From Corallococcus interemptor (GTDB taxonomy: Bacteria > Myxococcota > Myxococcia > Myxococcales > Myxococcaceae): a stretch of 64,000 nt of DNA. Position 1 is the stretch's first letter, and every line of letters starts with the position of its first letter. The notes below the pieces were generated by a model, which was not told the DNA's origin, did not search any database, and saw only the letters and a list, made by a program, of their open reading frames with translations. The stretch is from the NCBI RefSeq assembly GCF_042231085.1, contig NZ_CP102579.1, one strand, 5' to 3'. The position numbers and the translations under genes are program-made. Shown here piece by piece: positions 9,155-19,483 of the stretch.

Positions 9155-10399
9155 GTGGGCACGGGTTCCTCGACAGACTGGCGTCAGCGGCGCGCGCGCA
9201 GGCAGCGGGCGCCCTTGCGCTACCTGGTGGCGGGCATCCTGGCGCTCCTGGCCCAGGCCGCCTTCGTGGGCTTCGTCCTCCTGGTGTCGGCCGTGCAGGC
9301 GAACCTCCCGCATGAGAAGCGCCCCGCGCGGCCCACGTCCGTGGCGGTGAGGCCGCTCACGTCGGACCAGTGGGCGAAGAACCGGGGGAACGCCACCCCG
9401 CAGCAGACGAAGCCCCGCCCCACGGAGAAGCGCGAGCCGAAGGAAGAGAAGAAGCCGGACGAGACGAAGCCCCAGGGCCAGGTGGTGGACGTGGCGCCGG
9501 GGAATGATCAGCAGTCCCCGGACGCGAAGTACCTGGCCGAGCACAACAACACGGTGGAGAAGGAGACGCGGGCGCGGGAGCAGACGGCCCACTACCGCAA
9601 CGCCATGCCCCAGCGGACCGCGCCCCAGAAGCAGGAGGGCGCGGCGCAGGACCAGGTGCAGCCCCCGCGCGTGTCGGGCAACAACGGCCAGGGCGCGGAC
9701 GACCGGACCCCGTCCCAGGGCGGCAAGAAGCCCGTCTTCGAGATGCCGGAGACGCGCCGCAAGCAGGAGATCGCCATGAAGACGGATCCGCGCGAGCGCG
9801 GCCCGGGCATGGCGGTGAAGAACCAGTCGGAGAGCGACGCCACGCAGGGAAACGCGAAGCGCCTGCGCATCCAGCCCGGCCAGGGCGAGGACAGCGAGCA
9901 GGAGGGCTCCGCGGGCCGCGTGGGCTCCCCGGGCCTGGCCACGCTGATGCCGTCGCAGGCGGCCATGGACAAGGTGGTGGGCGCGGCGCCCAACGACATG
10001 CTCCGGGACCAGGAGGAGGGCGACGGCACCTTCCTCAACACGCGCGAGTGGAAGTACGCCAGCTTCTTCAACCGCGTGAAGCAGAGCGTGGGCATGCACT
10101 GGAACCCCAACGAGCAACTGCGCATGCGCGACCCGACGGGGAACATCTACTCCGGGCGAGACCGCCAGACGCTGCTCACCATCACCCTGGACGAGCGCGG
10201 CGCGGTGAAGGACATCCAGGTGGAGAAGAGCAGCGGCCTGGACTTCCTGGACATGGAGGCCGTGGCGTCCTTCAAGCGCGCGCAGCCCTTCCCCAACCCG
10301 CCGTCCGGCCTGCTGGGCCAGGACGCGACGGTGCGCTTCCAGTTCGGCTTCTTCCTGGAGATGGGCGGCGGCCCCCGGATGAGGCTGTTCCGACAGTAG
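9155..10399 (+). CDS. TonB family energy transducer
   Basis: N-terminal TM anchor (LRYLVAGILALLAQAAFVGFVLLV), a long Pro/Lys/Glu-rich spacer, and a C-terminal TonB_C-like domain (WKYASFFNRVKQSVGMHWNP...GAVKDIQVEKSSGLDFLDMEAVASFKRAQPFPNPP). Confidence 0.7.
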   Translation: MGTGSSTDWRQRRARRQRAPLRYLVAGILALLAQAAFVGFVLLVSAVQANLPHEKRPARPTSVAVRPLTSDQWAKNRGNATPQQTKPRPTEKREPKEEKKPDETKPQGQVVDVAPGNDQQSPDAKYLAEHNNTVEKETRAREQTAHYRNAMPQRTAPQKQEGAAQDQVQPPRVSGNNGQGADDRTPSQGGKKPVFEMPETRRKQEIAMKTDPRERGPGMAVKNQSESDATQGNAKRLRIQPGQGEDSEQEGSAGRVGSPGLATLMPSQAAMDKVVGAAPNDMLRDQEEGDGTFLNTREWKYASFFNRVKQSVGMHWNPNEQLRMRDPTGNIYSGRDRQTLLTITLDERGAVKDIQVEKSSGLDFLDMEAVASFKRAQPFPNPPSGLLGQDATVRFQFGFFLEMGGGPRMRLFRQ

Positions 10400-10418
10400 G
10401 CCTCACGGAATCCTCGCG

Positions 10419-11351
10419 GTGGACGGCGCGGAGGCACTACCCTGCCCCGCCGTGGAAGCCTCCATCGTCGACCGCAGCGCCGCGCTCCAGGAGCGCAACC
10501 GGAAGGTCCGCTTCGTCCTCTTGGCCATCCTCGGGGCCAACTGGGTGGTGGCCGCCGCCAAGCTCGTCTTCGGCCTCATGGCCCAGTCCGCGTCGGTGAC
10601 GGCGGACGGACTGCACTCGTTCATCGACGGCGGCTCCAACGTGCTGGGGCTGGTCGCCATGGGCGTGGCGTCGCGGCCGGCGGACGCGGACCACCCCTAC
10701 GGCCACGGCAAGTTCGAGGCGCTCGCGTCGCTGGGCATCGGCGCGATGATTGGCGTGGGCATGCTGGAGCTGGGGCGCATGGCGCTCGACTCGCTCCTGC
10801 ACGACAAGCACCCCACGGTGACGGTGACGATGGCGGCGGTGATGGTCTTCACGCTCGTCATCAACCTCGCCGTCACCCGCGTGGAGCGGCACTACGGGGA
10901 GAAGTACAAGAGCTCGCTGCTGCTCGCGGACGCGCAGCACACGCTGTCCGACGTGTTCGTGACCATCGCCGTGCTCGGCTCCATCGCCCTGGTGGCGCTG
11001 GGCTTCCCGCGCGCGGACGGCCTGGTGGCCCTGGCGGTGATGGTCTTCGTGGCGCGGGTGGCCTACGGCATCGTCCGGCAGGCGGTGGGCATCCTCTCCG
11101 ACACCGCGCGCCTGGACCCGGCGCAGGTGTCCCAGCACACGCTGTCCGTGGCCGGGGTGCGCTCCTGCCGCGACGTGCGCAGCCGGGGCATGGAGGAGAG
11201 CGTCTACGTGGACCTGAAGATTGAGGTCGACCCGCAGCTCACCACCTCGCAGGCCCACGAGGTGGCCGACAAGGTGGAGGAGACGCTGCACGGCGCCTAC
11301 CCCCAGGTGGTGGACGTGGTGGTCCACGTGGAGCCCGCGAAGGCCCGCTAG
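10419..11351 (+). CDS. cation diffusion facilitator (CDF) family transporter
   Basis: TM helices with the HSFIDGGSN...DADHPYGHGKFE CDF signature. C-terminal cytoplasmic domain. Confidence 0.8.
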   Translation: MDGAEALPCPAVEASIVDRSAALQERNRKVRFVLLAILGANWVVAAAKLVFGLMAQSASVTADGLHSFIDGGSNVLGLVAMGVASRPADADHPYGHGKFEALASLGIGAMIGVGMLELGRMALDSLLHDKHPTVTVTMAAVMVFTLVINLAVTRVERHYGEKYKSSLLLADAQHTLSDVFVTIAVLGSIALVALGFPRADGLVALAVMVFVARVAYGIVRQAVGILSDTARLDPAQVSQHTLSVAGVRSCRDVRSRGMEESVYVDLKIEVDPQLTTSQAHEVADKVEETLHGAYPQVVDVVVHVEPAKAR

Positions 11352-11418
11352 AAACACGAGGGCCGCCTTCCGGTGCGCTGGAAGACGGCCCTGGTGACAG
11401 CGGCTGTCGAAGCTGGCC

Positions 11419-14322
11419 TTACGCGACCTTCTGCGCGGGCGTGTCGTAGTCCTCGATGGGAGGGCACGAGCACACCAGCTTGCGGTCACCGAGCACGTTG
11501 TTCAGGCGTCCCACGGACGGCCAGAACTTGTTGTCCCGCACCCACGGCGTGGGGAACACGGCCTGCTCGCGGGAGTACGGGCGGTTCCACTCCGGCGCGG
11601 TGAGCGTGCGCGCGGTGTGCGGCGCGTTCTTCAGGACGTTGTTGTCCTTGGGCGCGCGGCCCTCCTCCACGTCGCGGATCTCCTGGCGGATGGCGATCAT
11701 CGCCTCGCAGAAGCGGTCCAGCTCCGCCTTGGACTCGGACTCCGTGGGCTCGATCATCAGCGTGCCCGCCACCGGGAACGACACGGTGGGCGCGTGGAAG
11801 CCGTAGTCCATCAGGCGCTTGGCCACGTCCTCCACCTCCACGCCCGCGGTCTTCTTGAGCGGGCGCAGGTCCACGATGCACTCGTGGGCCACCCGGCCGC
11901 GCTTGCCCCGGTAGAGCACCGGGTAGTGCGGCTGGAGCCGCTCCGCGACGTAGTTGGCGTTGAGGATGGCCATCTTCGTGGCCTGCGTCAGGCCCTCGCC
12001 GCCCATCATCTGGATGTACATCCAGGAGATGAGCAGGATGCTGGCGCTGCCCCACGGCGCCGCGGAGATGGCGCCGATGGCGTCCGCCCCGCCCGTCTGG
12101 ATGACCGGGTGCCCGGGGAGGAACTTCACCAGGTGGGACGCCACGCAGATGGGGCCCATGCCCGGGCCGCCACCGCCGTGCGGGATGCAGAACGTCTTGT
12201 GCAGGTTGATGTGGCAGACGTCCGCGCCCACCAGGCCCGGCGCGGTGAGGCCCACCTGCGCGTTGAGGTTGGCGCCGTCCATGTACACCTGGCCGCCGCG
12301 CTCGTGGATGGTGGAGCAGATCTCCCGGATCTCCTCCTCGAACACGCCGTGCGTGGACGGGTACGTCACCATCAGCGCGGCGAGCTTGTCCTTGTGCTCG
12401 TCCGCCTTGGCGCGCAGGTCGCTCAGGTCGATGTTGCCGTTCTCGTCGCACTTCGTGACGACGACGCGGTAGCCCGCCATCACCGCGGAGGCGGGGTTGG
12501 TGCCGTGCGCGGAGGACGGGATGAGGCACACGTCGCGGTGCCCCTGCCCTCGCGCCTGGTGGTAGGCGCGGATGACGAGCAGGCCCGCGTACTCGCCCTG
12601 GCTGCCCGCGTTGGGCTGGAGCGAGCACCCGGCGAAGCCCGTCACCTGGGACAGCGCGTGCTCGAGCTGCTCGAAGACGACCTTGTAGCCGGCCGCCTGC
12701 GAGGTGGGCGCGAACGGGTGCAGCTTGCTGAACTGGGGCCACGTCACGGGGATCATCTCCGCGGTGGCGTTGAGCTTCATGGTGCAGCTCCCCAGCGGAA
12801 TCATGGAGTGCGTGAGGGACAGGTCCTTCGCCTCCAGCCGGCGCACGTACCGCAGCATCTCCGTCTCGGAGTGGTAGCGGTTGAAGACGGGGTGCGTGAG
12901 GTACGCGCTCGAGCGGCGCAGCTCGGGGACGAGCGGGCTCTCCAGGCCCTCGGCGGCCTCGTCCAGGTTCACCGGGGACGCGGACTTGTTCGCGCCCTGG
13001 ATGAAGGCCGCGAGGATGTCCTCCACGTCCTTGGCGCGCGTCGTCTCGTCGAGCGACAGGCCGAGCGTCTTCTCGTCGATGCGGCGGAAGTTCATCTTCG
13101 CGGCTTCCGCGGCGGACAGCACGCCCCGGACCTGCGCGGGCGTCAGCTCCACGCGCAGCGTGTCGAAGAACTGCTCGTGCTTCGGCTTGAAGCCCAGCTT
13201 CGCCAGCCCCCGCGACAGCACCACCGTGAGCCCGTGCACGCGCTCCGCGATGGCCTTGAGCCCCTCCGGCCCGTGGTAGACGGCGTACATGCCGGCCATC
13301 ACGGCCAGCAGCACCTGCGCGGTGCAGATGTTGCTCGTGGCCTTCTCACGGCGGATGTGCTGCTCGCGCGTCTGCAACGCCATGCGCAGCGCGGGCCGGC
13401 CCTGCGCGTCCTCGGACACGCCGATGAGGCGGCCCGGCATCACGCGGGTGTAGGCGTTCTTCGTGGCGAAGTAGGCGGCGTGCGGGCCGCCGTAGCCCAG
13501 CGGCACGCCGAAGCGCTGCGCGCTGCCCACCACCACGTCCGCGCCGAACTCGCCGGGCGCCGTGAGCAGCGTCAGGGCCAGGAGGTCCGCCGCGACGACG
13601 AGCAGGCCGCCCGCCGCGTGCACCTTCTCACCGAACGCGCGGTAGTCATGCACCACGCCGTCCGTGGCCGGGTACTGCACCAGCGCGCCGAAGAACTTCT
13701 TCTGGGACAGGTCCACCGTGCGGTGGTCGCCCACGACGACCTCCACGCCCAGCGGGATGGCGCGCGTGCGCACCACGTCCACCGTCTGCGGATGGCAGCC
13801 GTCGGAGACGAAGAACGCGCCCGCGTCGCTGTCGCCCTTGGCGTGGATCGCGAGCGCCATGGCCTCCGCCGCGGCGGTGCCTTCATCCAGCATGGAGGCG
13901 TTCGCCACCTCCATGCCGGTGAGGTCCGTCACCATCGTCTGGAAGTTGAGCAGCGCCTCCAGCCGGCCCTGGGCGATCTCCGCCTGGTAGGGCGTGTACT
14001 GGGTGTACCAGCCCGGGTTCTGGAAGATGTTGCGCAGGATGACGTTGGGGACGTGGGTGTCGGAGTAGCCCATGCCGATGAAGGACCGGAACACCTGGTT
14101 CTTCGCGGCGATGGCCTCCAACTGCGCCAGCACCTCGTTCTCCCCCTTGCCAGCGGGCAGCCGCAGGGGCTCCTGCGCGCGGATGACCGGCGGCACGGCG
14201 GACTCGATGAAGGCGTCCAGCGAGTCCACGCCCAGCGTGGACAGCATCTGCTTCACTTCAGGGGTCTCCGGACCGATGTGCCGGCCGGCGAAGGACTCCT
14301 GGTACTTCCAGTTGAGGGACAT
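11419..14322 (-). CDS. gcvP: glycine dehydrogenase (decarboxylating), P-protein
   Basis: 967 aa. [19 protein letters not shown]-terminus. PLP-Lys region [20 protein letters not shown]. Fully collinear with GcvP. Confidence 0.95.
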   Translation of the reverse strand: MSLNWKYQESFAGRHIGPETPEVKQMLSTLGVDSLDAFIESAVPPVIRAQEPLRLPAGKGENEVLAQLEAIAAKNQVFRSFIGMGYSDTHVPNVILRNIFQNPGWYTQYTPYQAEIAQGRLEALLNFQTMVTDLTGMEVANASMLDEGTAAAEAMALAIHAKGDSDAGAFFVSDGCHPQTVDVVRTRAIPLGVEVVVGDHRTVDLSQKKFFGALVQYPATDGVVHDYRAFGEKVHAAGGLLVVAADLLALTLLTAPGEFGADVVVGSAQRFGVPLGYGGPHAAYFATKNAYTRVMPGRLIGVSEDAQGRPALRMALQTREQHIRREKATSNICTAQVLLAVMAGMYAVYHGPEGLKAIAERVHGLTVVLSRGLAKLGFKPKHEQFFDTLRVELTPAQVRGVLSAAEAAKMNFRRIDEKTLGLSLDETTRAKDVEDILAAFIQGANKSASPVNLDEAAEGLESPLVPELRRSSAYLTHPVFNRYHSETEMLRYVRRLEAKDLSLTHSMIPLGSCTMKLNATAEMIPVTWPQFSKLHPFAPTSQAAGYKVVFEQLEHALSQVTGFAGCSLQPNAGSQGEYAGLLVIRAYHQARGQGHRDVCLIPSSAHGTNPASAVMAGYRVVVTKCDENGNIDLSDLRAKADEHKDKLAALMVTYPSTHGVFEEEIREICSTIHERGGQVYMDGANLNAQVGLTAPGLVGADVCHINLHKTFCIPHGGGGPGMGPICVASHLVKFLPGHPVIQTGGADAIGAISAAPWGSASILLISWMYIQMMGGEGLTQATKMAILNANYVAERLQPHYPVLYRGKRGRVAHECIVDLRPLKKTAGVEVEDVAKRLMDYGFHAPTVSFPVAGTLMIEPTESESKAELDRFCEAMIAIRQEIRDVEEGRAPKDNNVLKNAPHTARTLTAPEWNRPYSREQAVFPTPWVRDNKFWPSVGRLNNVLGDRKLVCSCPPIEDYDTPAQKVA

Positions 14323-14434
14323 GGTCGAAGGGGCTCGCGTGAGGTGCGGTAGGAAGTTCGGCGTCCGAGCGGGCTCGGCGCTCCATGGAGCGTCTCTAAC
14401 AACGGGGACGCCCGACTTCTTGCGCGCGCGGTGG

Positions 14435-14818
14435 CTACTTGGTGAGCGGCTCGTAGGCGGCGGCGTCCAGGAGCTTGCCCACCTGCCCGGCGTCCGAGGG
14501 CTCGACCTCCACGATCCACCCCTGCCCGTACGGGTCGGAGTTGATGAGGGACGGGTTGCCCGTGAGCGCGTCGTTCACCTTCACCACGGTGCCGGAGATG
14601 GGCGCGAACAGGTCCGACACGGCCTTGGTGGACTCGATGACGCCGAAGTTCTTGCCCTCGGTGAGGGTGGCGCCCAGCTTCGGCAGCTCCACGTAGACGA
14701 CGTCGCCCAGCGACTCCTGGGCGTGGTGCGTGACGCCCACCACCACCGTCTTGCCCGTGACGCGGGCCCACTCGTGTTCCTTCGTGTACTTCAGGTCCTG
14801 CGGGATGTTGTCAGACAT
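14435..14818 (-). CDS. gcvH: glycine cleavage system H protein
   Basis: 127 aa [20 protein letters not shown]...[14 protein letters not shown] carries the lipoyl-lysine motif ESTK. The start was chosen at the internal ATG. The upstream extension in the track is antisense of gcvT. Confidence 0.9.
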   Translation of the reverse strand: MSDNIPQDLKYTKEHEWARVTGKTVVVGVTHHAQESLGDVVYVELPKLGATLTEGKNFGVIESTKAVSDLFAPISGTVVKVNDALTGNPSLINSDPYGQGWIVEVEPSDAGQVGKLLDAAAYEPLTK

Positions 14819-14856
14819 GGAGGCGGCTCCTCGCGACGGGTGCGGATGGGAGGGAA

Positions 14857-15942
14857 TCAGGACTTCTTGAGGAAGGGGGTCTTCACGACGACCGCGGGCA
14901 CGGCGCGGCCGCGGATCTCCACGTCGAAGGTGGAGCCTTCGGTGGCCAGGTTCGCGGGCACGTAGCCCATGCCGATGGGCTTCTTCACCGTGGGGCCCTG
15001 CGTGCCGCTGGTGACCTCGCCCACGCGGACGCCGTCCTTGAGGATGGGGTAGCCGTGGCGCGGGATGCCGGCGCCGGTCAGCTCGAAGCCCACCAGCTTG
15101 CGCGGCACGCCCGCGGCCTTCTGCGCGACGAGCGCGTCCTTGCCGATGAAGCCGCCCGCCTTGTCCAGCTTGACGATCCACCCCAGGCCCGCCTCCAGGG
15201 CGGTGTGCGCGTCGTCGATGTCGTTGCCGTACAGCGCGTACTTCATCTCCGTGCGCAGCGAGTCGCGCGCGCCCAGGCCGCAGGGCTTCACGCCGTCCGG
15301 CTGCCCGGCCTCCAGCAGCGCGTCCCAGAGCTTCACGCCGTCGCTGGCGGCGCAGTACAGCTCGAAGCCGTCCTCGCCGGTGTAGCCCGTGCGGGAGATG
15401 ATGGCCTTCACGCCGGCCACCTCCCCTTCGGTGAAGCGGTAGGTGCCCACCTGGGACAGGTCCGACTTCGTCAGGCGCTGCACCAACCCCACGGCCCTGG
15501 GGCCCTGGACGGCGATCTGCGCGTACTCGTCGCTCCGGTCCACGGGCTTGACGCCCTCCGCGCGCGCGCTCATCCAGGCGAAGTCCTTCTCGCGGTTGCT
15601 GGAGTTGACGCAGATGAGGATGCGCTCGGGGCTGAAGCGGTAGGCGACGACGTCATCCACGAAGCCGCCCAGGTCGTTGAGCAGGCCCGCGTAGACGGCC
15701 TGGCCGTCCTGGCAGCGGGAGAGGTCGTTGGAGATGAGCCGGTTCACGGTCTCCAGGGCGCCCGGGCCGGTGAACTCGATTTCTCCCATGTGGGAGACGT
15801 CGAAGAGGCCGACGGCGGTGCGCACGGCCTCGTGCTCGGCGATGACGGACGAGTACTGCACCGGCATGTCCCAGCCGGCGAAGTCGACCATGCGGGCCCC
15901 CAGCTTGCGGTGGGCCTCGTTGAGGGGCGTACGCCGGGTCAT
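14857..15942 (-). CDS. gcvT: glycine cleavage system T protein (aminomethyltransferase)
   Basis: [30 protein letters not shown] aligns to GcvT N-termini. The second in-frame ATG (15942) has a GGAGAAG RBS. The ATG at 15954 does not. Confidence 0.9.
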   Translation of the reverse strand: MTRRTPLNEAHRKLGARMVDFAGWDMPVQYSSVIAEHEAVRTAVGLFDVSHMGEIEFTGPGALETVNRLISNDLSRCQDGQAVYAGLLNDLGGFVDDVVAYRFSPERILICVNSSNREKDFAWMSARAEGVKPVDRSDEYAQIAVQGPRAVGLVQRLTKSDLSQVGTYRFTEGEVAGVKAIISRTGYTGEDGFELYCAASDGVKLWDALLEAGQPDGVKPCGLGARDSLRTEMKYALYGNDIDDAHTALEAGLGWIVKLDKAGGFIGKDALVAQKAAGVPRKLVGFELTGAGIPRHGYPILKDGVRVGEVTSGTQGPTVKKPIGMGYVPANLATEGSTFDVEIRGRAVPAVVVKTPFLKKS

Positions 15943-16044
15943 TGACTTCTCCATGGTGGGCAGGGGGTGGTGAAACGGCGCGGACTATAGCGGCGCACCT
16001 TCTCCGATCAAGGCCGACGCGGAAGGGACTAAACTCATCCCGAC

Positions 16045-16917
16045 ATGAAGATTCGCAACTGCCTCAACCCCTCCAAGCCGAGCTTCTCCTTCGAGTTTTT
16101 TCCTCCCAAGACGGACGCGGGCGTGGCCTCGCTCCTGCGCACGGTGGAGGAGCTTGCGCCGCTGGAGCCGGGGTTCGTGTCGGTGACGTACGGGGCGGGC
16201 GGGAGCACGCGCGACCGGACGGTGGACCTGGTCACGCACATCAAGCAGCGCACCGGCATCGAGGCGATGGCGCACCTGACGTGCGTGGGACACACCCGCG
16301 ACGAGCTTCGTGACGTGCTGCGCCGGCTCGACGCGGCAGGCATCGAGAACGTGCTCCTCCTGCGCGGGGACCCGCCCCAGGGGCAGACGACCTTCGAGCC
16401 GGTGCCGGGGGGCTTCCGCTACGCCGAGGAGTTGGTCCGATTCGTTCGAGAAGAGGATTTCAACTTCTGCCTGGGGGGTGCGTGCTATCCGGAGGGGCAC
16501 GTGGAGACGGCGTCGCGCGAGGACGACCTGCGGCACCTGAAGGCCAAGGTGGATGCGGGGATGGACTTCGTGGTGACGCAGCTCTTCTTCGACAACGCCT
16601 TCTACTTCGACTTCGTGGAGCGGGCGCGGCGGGTGGGCATCAACGTCCCCATCGTCCCCGGCATCATGCCCATCACCAACTACGAGCAGGTCCAGCGCTT
16701 CACGCGCATGTGCGGCGCGACGGTGCCCATGCGGCTGGCGTTGCAGATGGAGCGCGTGAAGGATCAGCCGGACGCCGTGGTGCAGTTGGGCGTGGCGCAC
16801 GCCACGGTGCAGTGCATGGAGCTGCTCGCGCGCGGCGTGCCGGGCATCCACTTCTACACGCTGAACAAGTCTCCCGCGACGCGGATGATCGTGGGCGCGC
16901 TGAAGGGGCGGTCATGA
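16045..16917 (+). CDS. metF: 5,10-methylenetetrahydrofolate reductase
   Basis: FSFEFFPPKTDAG...VSVTYGAGGSTRDRT...LRGDPP matches MetF signatures throughout. Confidence 0.9.
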   Translation: MKIRNCLNPSKPSFSFEFFPPKTDAGVASLLRTVEELAPLEPGFVSVTYGAGGSTRDRTVDLVTHIKQRTGIEAMAHLTCVGHTRDELRDVLRRLDAAGIENVLLLRGDPPQGQTTFEPVPGGFRYAEELVRFVREEDFNFCLGGACYPEGHVETASREDDLRHLKAKVDAGMDFVVTQLFFDNAFYFDFVERARRVGINVPIVPGIMPITNYEQVQRFTRMCGATVPMRLALQMERVKDQPDAVVQLGVAHATVQCMELLARGVPGIHFYTLNKSPATRMIVGALKGRS

Positions 16918-17336
16918 GCGGTCCAGGTCCTCAGCTCGCGCCGGGCGACCCGCGCATCAAGATCTTCCAGATCGTGCGCTTCCCGGCGTTCTTCCTGCTC
17001 ATCGTCGGCGTGCTGCACGTCACCTTCAGCCTGCTGGGCGGGGTGCTGGCGGCGCTGAAGGTGGCGTCGCCCTTCTCCACGCCGGGGCAGGCCCCGGTGG
17101 TGCTGGAGTTCACGACGGGCTTCACGCTGGCCATCGTGGGCGGCATCCTCTGCGGGGTGCTGGCCGTCTGGGGCGCGTGGAACGCGATGAACCTCAAGGG
17201 CTACGGCCTGGCGACGGTGGGCGCCATCTGCGCCATGTACACGCTGACGCCGGGCTGCTTCGTGGGCGTGCCGGTGGCCGTGTGGATGCTCTTCACGCTG
17301 CGCCGGGATGGCGTGCGCGAGGCCTTCGCACCATGA
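16914..17336 (+). CDS. small integral membrane protein (hypothetical)
   Basis: The ATG overlaps the metF stop (ATGA). 140 aa with three or four hydrophobic helices (FPAFFLLIVGVLHVTFSLLGGVLAAL; FTLAIVGGILCGVLAVWGAW; PGCFVGVPVAVWMLF). Its stop overlaps the next ATG. Confidence 0.5.
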   Translation: MSGPGPQLAPGDPRIKIFQIVRFPAFFLLIVGVLHVTFSLLGGVLAALKVASPFSTPGQAPVVLEFTTGFTLAIVGGILCGVLAVWGAWNAMNLKGYGLATVGAICAMYTLTPGCFVGVPVAVWMLFTLRRDGVREAFAP

Positions 17337-18388
17337 ACCCGCGCGCCGTCCGCACGGTGCGCTTCCTGCTCACGGGCCTGGGGAACGTGGGCGTGCCGCT
17401 CCTGGAGATCCTCCAGTCTCGCGCGTCGCTCCTGATGGAGCGCTACCGGCTGGAGCTGCTGCCGGTGGGGCTGGCGGACTCGGGCGGCGCGGCGGTGTCG
17501 CCGTACGGGTTGGACCTCGGGGCGGTGCTGGCGGTGAAGCGGGCGCGGCACTCCGTGGCGTCGCTGCCGGTGGTGGGGCGTCCGGGGATGAGCGGGCGCG
17601 ACCTGGTGCGCGAGGTGAAGGCGGACCTGCTGCTGGAGGCCACGCCCACGAGCTTCCAGGACGGGCAGCCCGGGTTGGACATCACGCGCAACGCGCTGAT
17701 GCGGGGCATGGCGGCGGTGCTCGCGAGCAAGGGGCCGCTGGTGCTGGGGTTCCAGGAGCTGGCGGGCCTGAGCGACCTGGAGTCGCCGGGCCGCCCGCCC
17801 CTGCGCTTCAGCGCGGCGGTGGGCGCGTCCATGCCGCTGGTGAACGTGGGCCGCCGGGACCTGGCGCTCGGCAGGCTGGGCCGGTTCGAGGGCGTGCTCA
17901 ACAGCACCAGCCACCTGCTCCTGTGCCGCATGGCGGAGGGCCGGACGTACGAGGCCGCGCTGGCGGAGGCGCAGGCGCTGGGCATCGCGGAGACGGACCC
18001 CACGCTGGACGTGGACGGCTGGGACACGGCGGGCAAGCTGGTCATCCTGGCCAACGCGGTGATGCGCGTGCCCACGACGCTGAAGGATGTGTCCGTGACG
18101 GGCATGCGCGGCGTGACGCGCGCGGAGCTGGACGCGGCCAGGGCGAAGGGCGGGCAGGTGCTGCTGCTGGCGCGCGGCGAGCCCGTGGGCGCGGAGCGGT
18201 GGGAGTGGAGCGTGCGGCCCACCGCCGTGGACGCGGCCCATCCCCTGGCACGGCTGGGCGCGATGGAGATGGGCGCGGTGTTCCGCAGCGACCTGCACGG
18301 CGTGAACACCGTCATCAACGGTGAGCAGGGCGCCCGGGGCACGGGCGCGGCGATGCTGAAGGACGTGCTCGAGATCTTCCCGGACTGA
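17333..18388 (+). CDS. hom: homoserine dehydrogenase-like NAD(P)-dependent oxidoreductase
   Basis: Rossmann N-terminus VRFLLTGLGNVGVPLLE. Catalytic-domain motif DVDGWDTAGKLVILAN. The start at the internal ATG overlaps the upstream stop (ATGA). Confidence 0.7.
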   Translation: MNPRAVRTVRFLLTGLGNVGVPLLEILQSRASLLMERYRLELLPVGLADSGGAAVSPYGLDLGAVLAVKRARHSVASLPVVGRPGMSGRDLVREVKADLLLEATPTSFQDGQPGLDITRNALMRGMAAVLASKGPLVLGFQELAGLSDLESPGRPPLRFSAAVGASMPLVNVGRRDLALGRLGRFEGVLNSTSHLLLCRMAEGRTYEAALAEAQALGIAETDPTLDVDGWDTAGKLVILANAVMRVPTTLKDVSVTGMRGVTRAELDAARAKGGQVLLLARGEPVGAERWEWSVRPTAVDAAHPLARLGAMEMGAVFRSDLHGVNTVINGEQGARGTGAAMLKDVLEIFPD

Positions 18389-18391
18389 AGC

Positions 18392-19327
18392 TCAGCCCAG
18401 GGACTTCATGAGGCGCGCCAGGAGCGGCTCCACCAGCTCCTGGCCCCGCAACCGCGAGCGCCAGCGGTGGGGAATCCCGTTCAGGCCGTGGATGAGGCCC
18501 GCGATGCCGCCCGCCACGCAGGCCGTGGTGTCCGTGTCGTGGCCCAGCCGGATGGCGGCTTTGACGACCTCTTCGTAGGTCTTCCCGTTCGCCACGCAGG
18601 CGCGGGCGGAGCGCAGGCAGTCCACGACGTAGCCTCCGCCCGTCCCCGGCGCCGGGTCGTCCGGTCGGATGTGGGCCTCCATTTCCTCCCGCTGCGGGAA
18701 GCCTTCCACGTACAGGTCCCGGAAGGTGGCCACGGCTTCGGCCCACGGATCCGCCGCGCCCTCCAAGATGCGGCGGGCCCAGAGGCAGTACAGCGCGCAG
18801 CACACCTGGGCGCGCACGTGGCCATGTGTCACGCGAGACTGGGCCATGGCATCCGAAACGAGCGCCGCGTCCTTGCCCTGGTGCCACAGGGCCAATGGCA
18901 ACACACGCATCAGTGAGCCATTGCCGTTGTCCAGGGTGCCGTTGGGGCCGGCGAGCATCGCGGGCGTGCCGTCCCGCAACCGGCGCAGGGCGGTACTGGT
19001 CTGGATGCCCACGTCGAACACGTCACCGTCCACGGCGAGGTAGCCCCAGTCCTGCCAGTTCACCAGCCGCCGGCCCAGGTCCTCGCAGTCGAGCCGCTTC
19101 TGATACGTCAGGGAGTCCAGCAGGCACAGCGCGTGGGCACCGTCGTCCGACCACGTGCCCGGTGGGACGCGGTCATGCGCGCGAGTGAAGCCCGGAGGTG
19201 GGTCGTACTCGATGGCCTCCGGGGCCGGTATCGCTTCGGGCCGGTGGAACTCATAGGGCACCCCGAGCGCGTCTCCGACGAGCAGCCCATACAGTCCCCC
19301 CGCGATGCGCTCCTCGCGCCTCACCAT
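18392..19327 (-). CDS. ADP-ribosylglycohydrolase family protein
   Basis: GGLYGLLVGDALGVPYEF...GTWSDDGAHALCL...LGHDTDTTACVAGGIAGLIHG shows DraG/ARH-type metal-binding motifs. Confidence 0.75.
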   Translation of the reverse strand: MVRREERIAGGLYGLLVGDALGVPYEFHRPEAIPAPEAIEYDPPPGFTRAHDRVPPGTWSDDGAHALCLLDSLTYQKRLDCEDLGRRLVNWQDWGYLAVDGDVFDVGIQTSTALRRLRDGTPAMLAGPNGTLDNGNGSLMRVLPLALWHQGKDAALVSDAMAQSRVTHGHVRAQVCCALYCLWARRILEGAADPWAEAVATFRDLYVEGFPQREEMEAHIRPDDPAPGTGGGYVVDCLRSARACVANGKTYEEVVKAAIRLGHDTDTTACVAGGIAGLIHGLNGIPHRWRSRLRGQELVEPLLARLMKSLG

Positions 19328-19483
19328 GTGACAACCTCCCAGGTCCGTGACCCCGACCCATCGTGTACCCAGAACACCATCCTTGTAAAGGCTGATGGGT
19401 CGCGTTGTGTTGATGATTCATGCGAAGCTCTCGCGCCCTTTCTTCCTGGGACGGGCTTCCCAATTCTCACGAGAGGCGCTCCG

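Noticed and set aside
15943-16044. Possible glycine riboswitch in the gcvT leader
   Set aside because: I read the leader on the minus strand (GUCGGGAUGAGUUUAGUCCCUUCCGCGUCGGCCUUGAUCGGAGAAGGUGCGCCGC...). It lacks the conserved ACCGAAGGGGCAA / CUCUGGAGAG blocks and is only ~100 nt.
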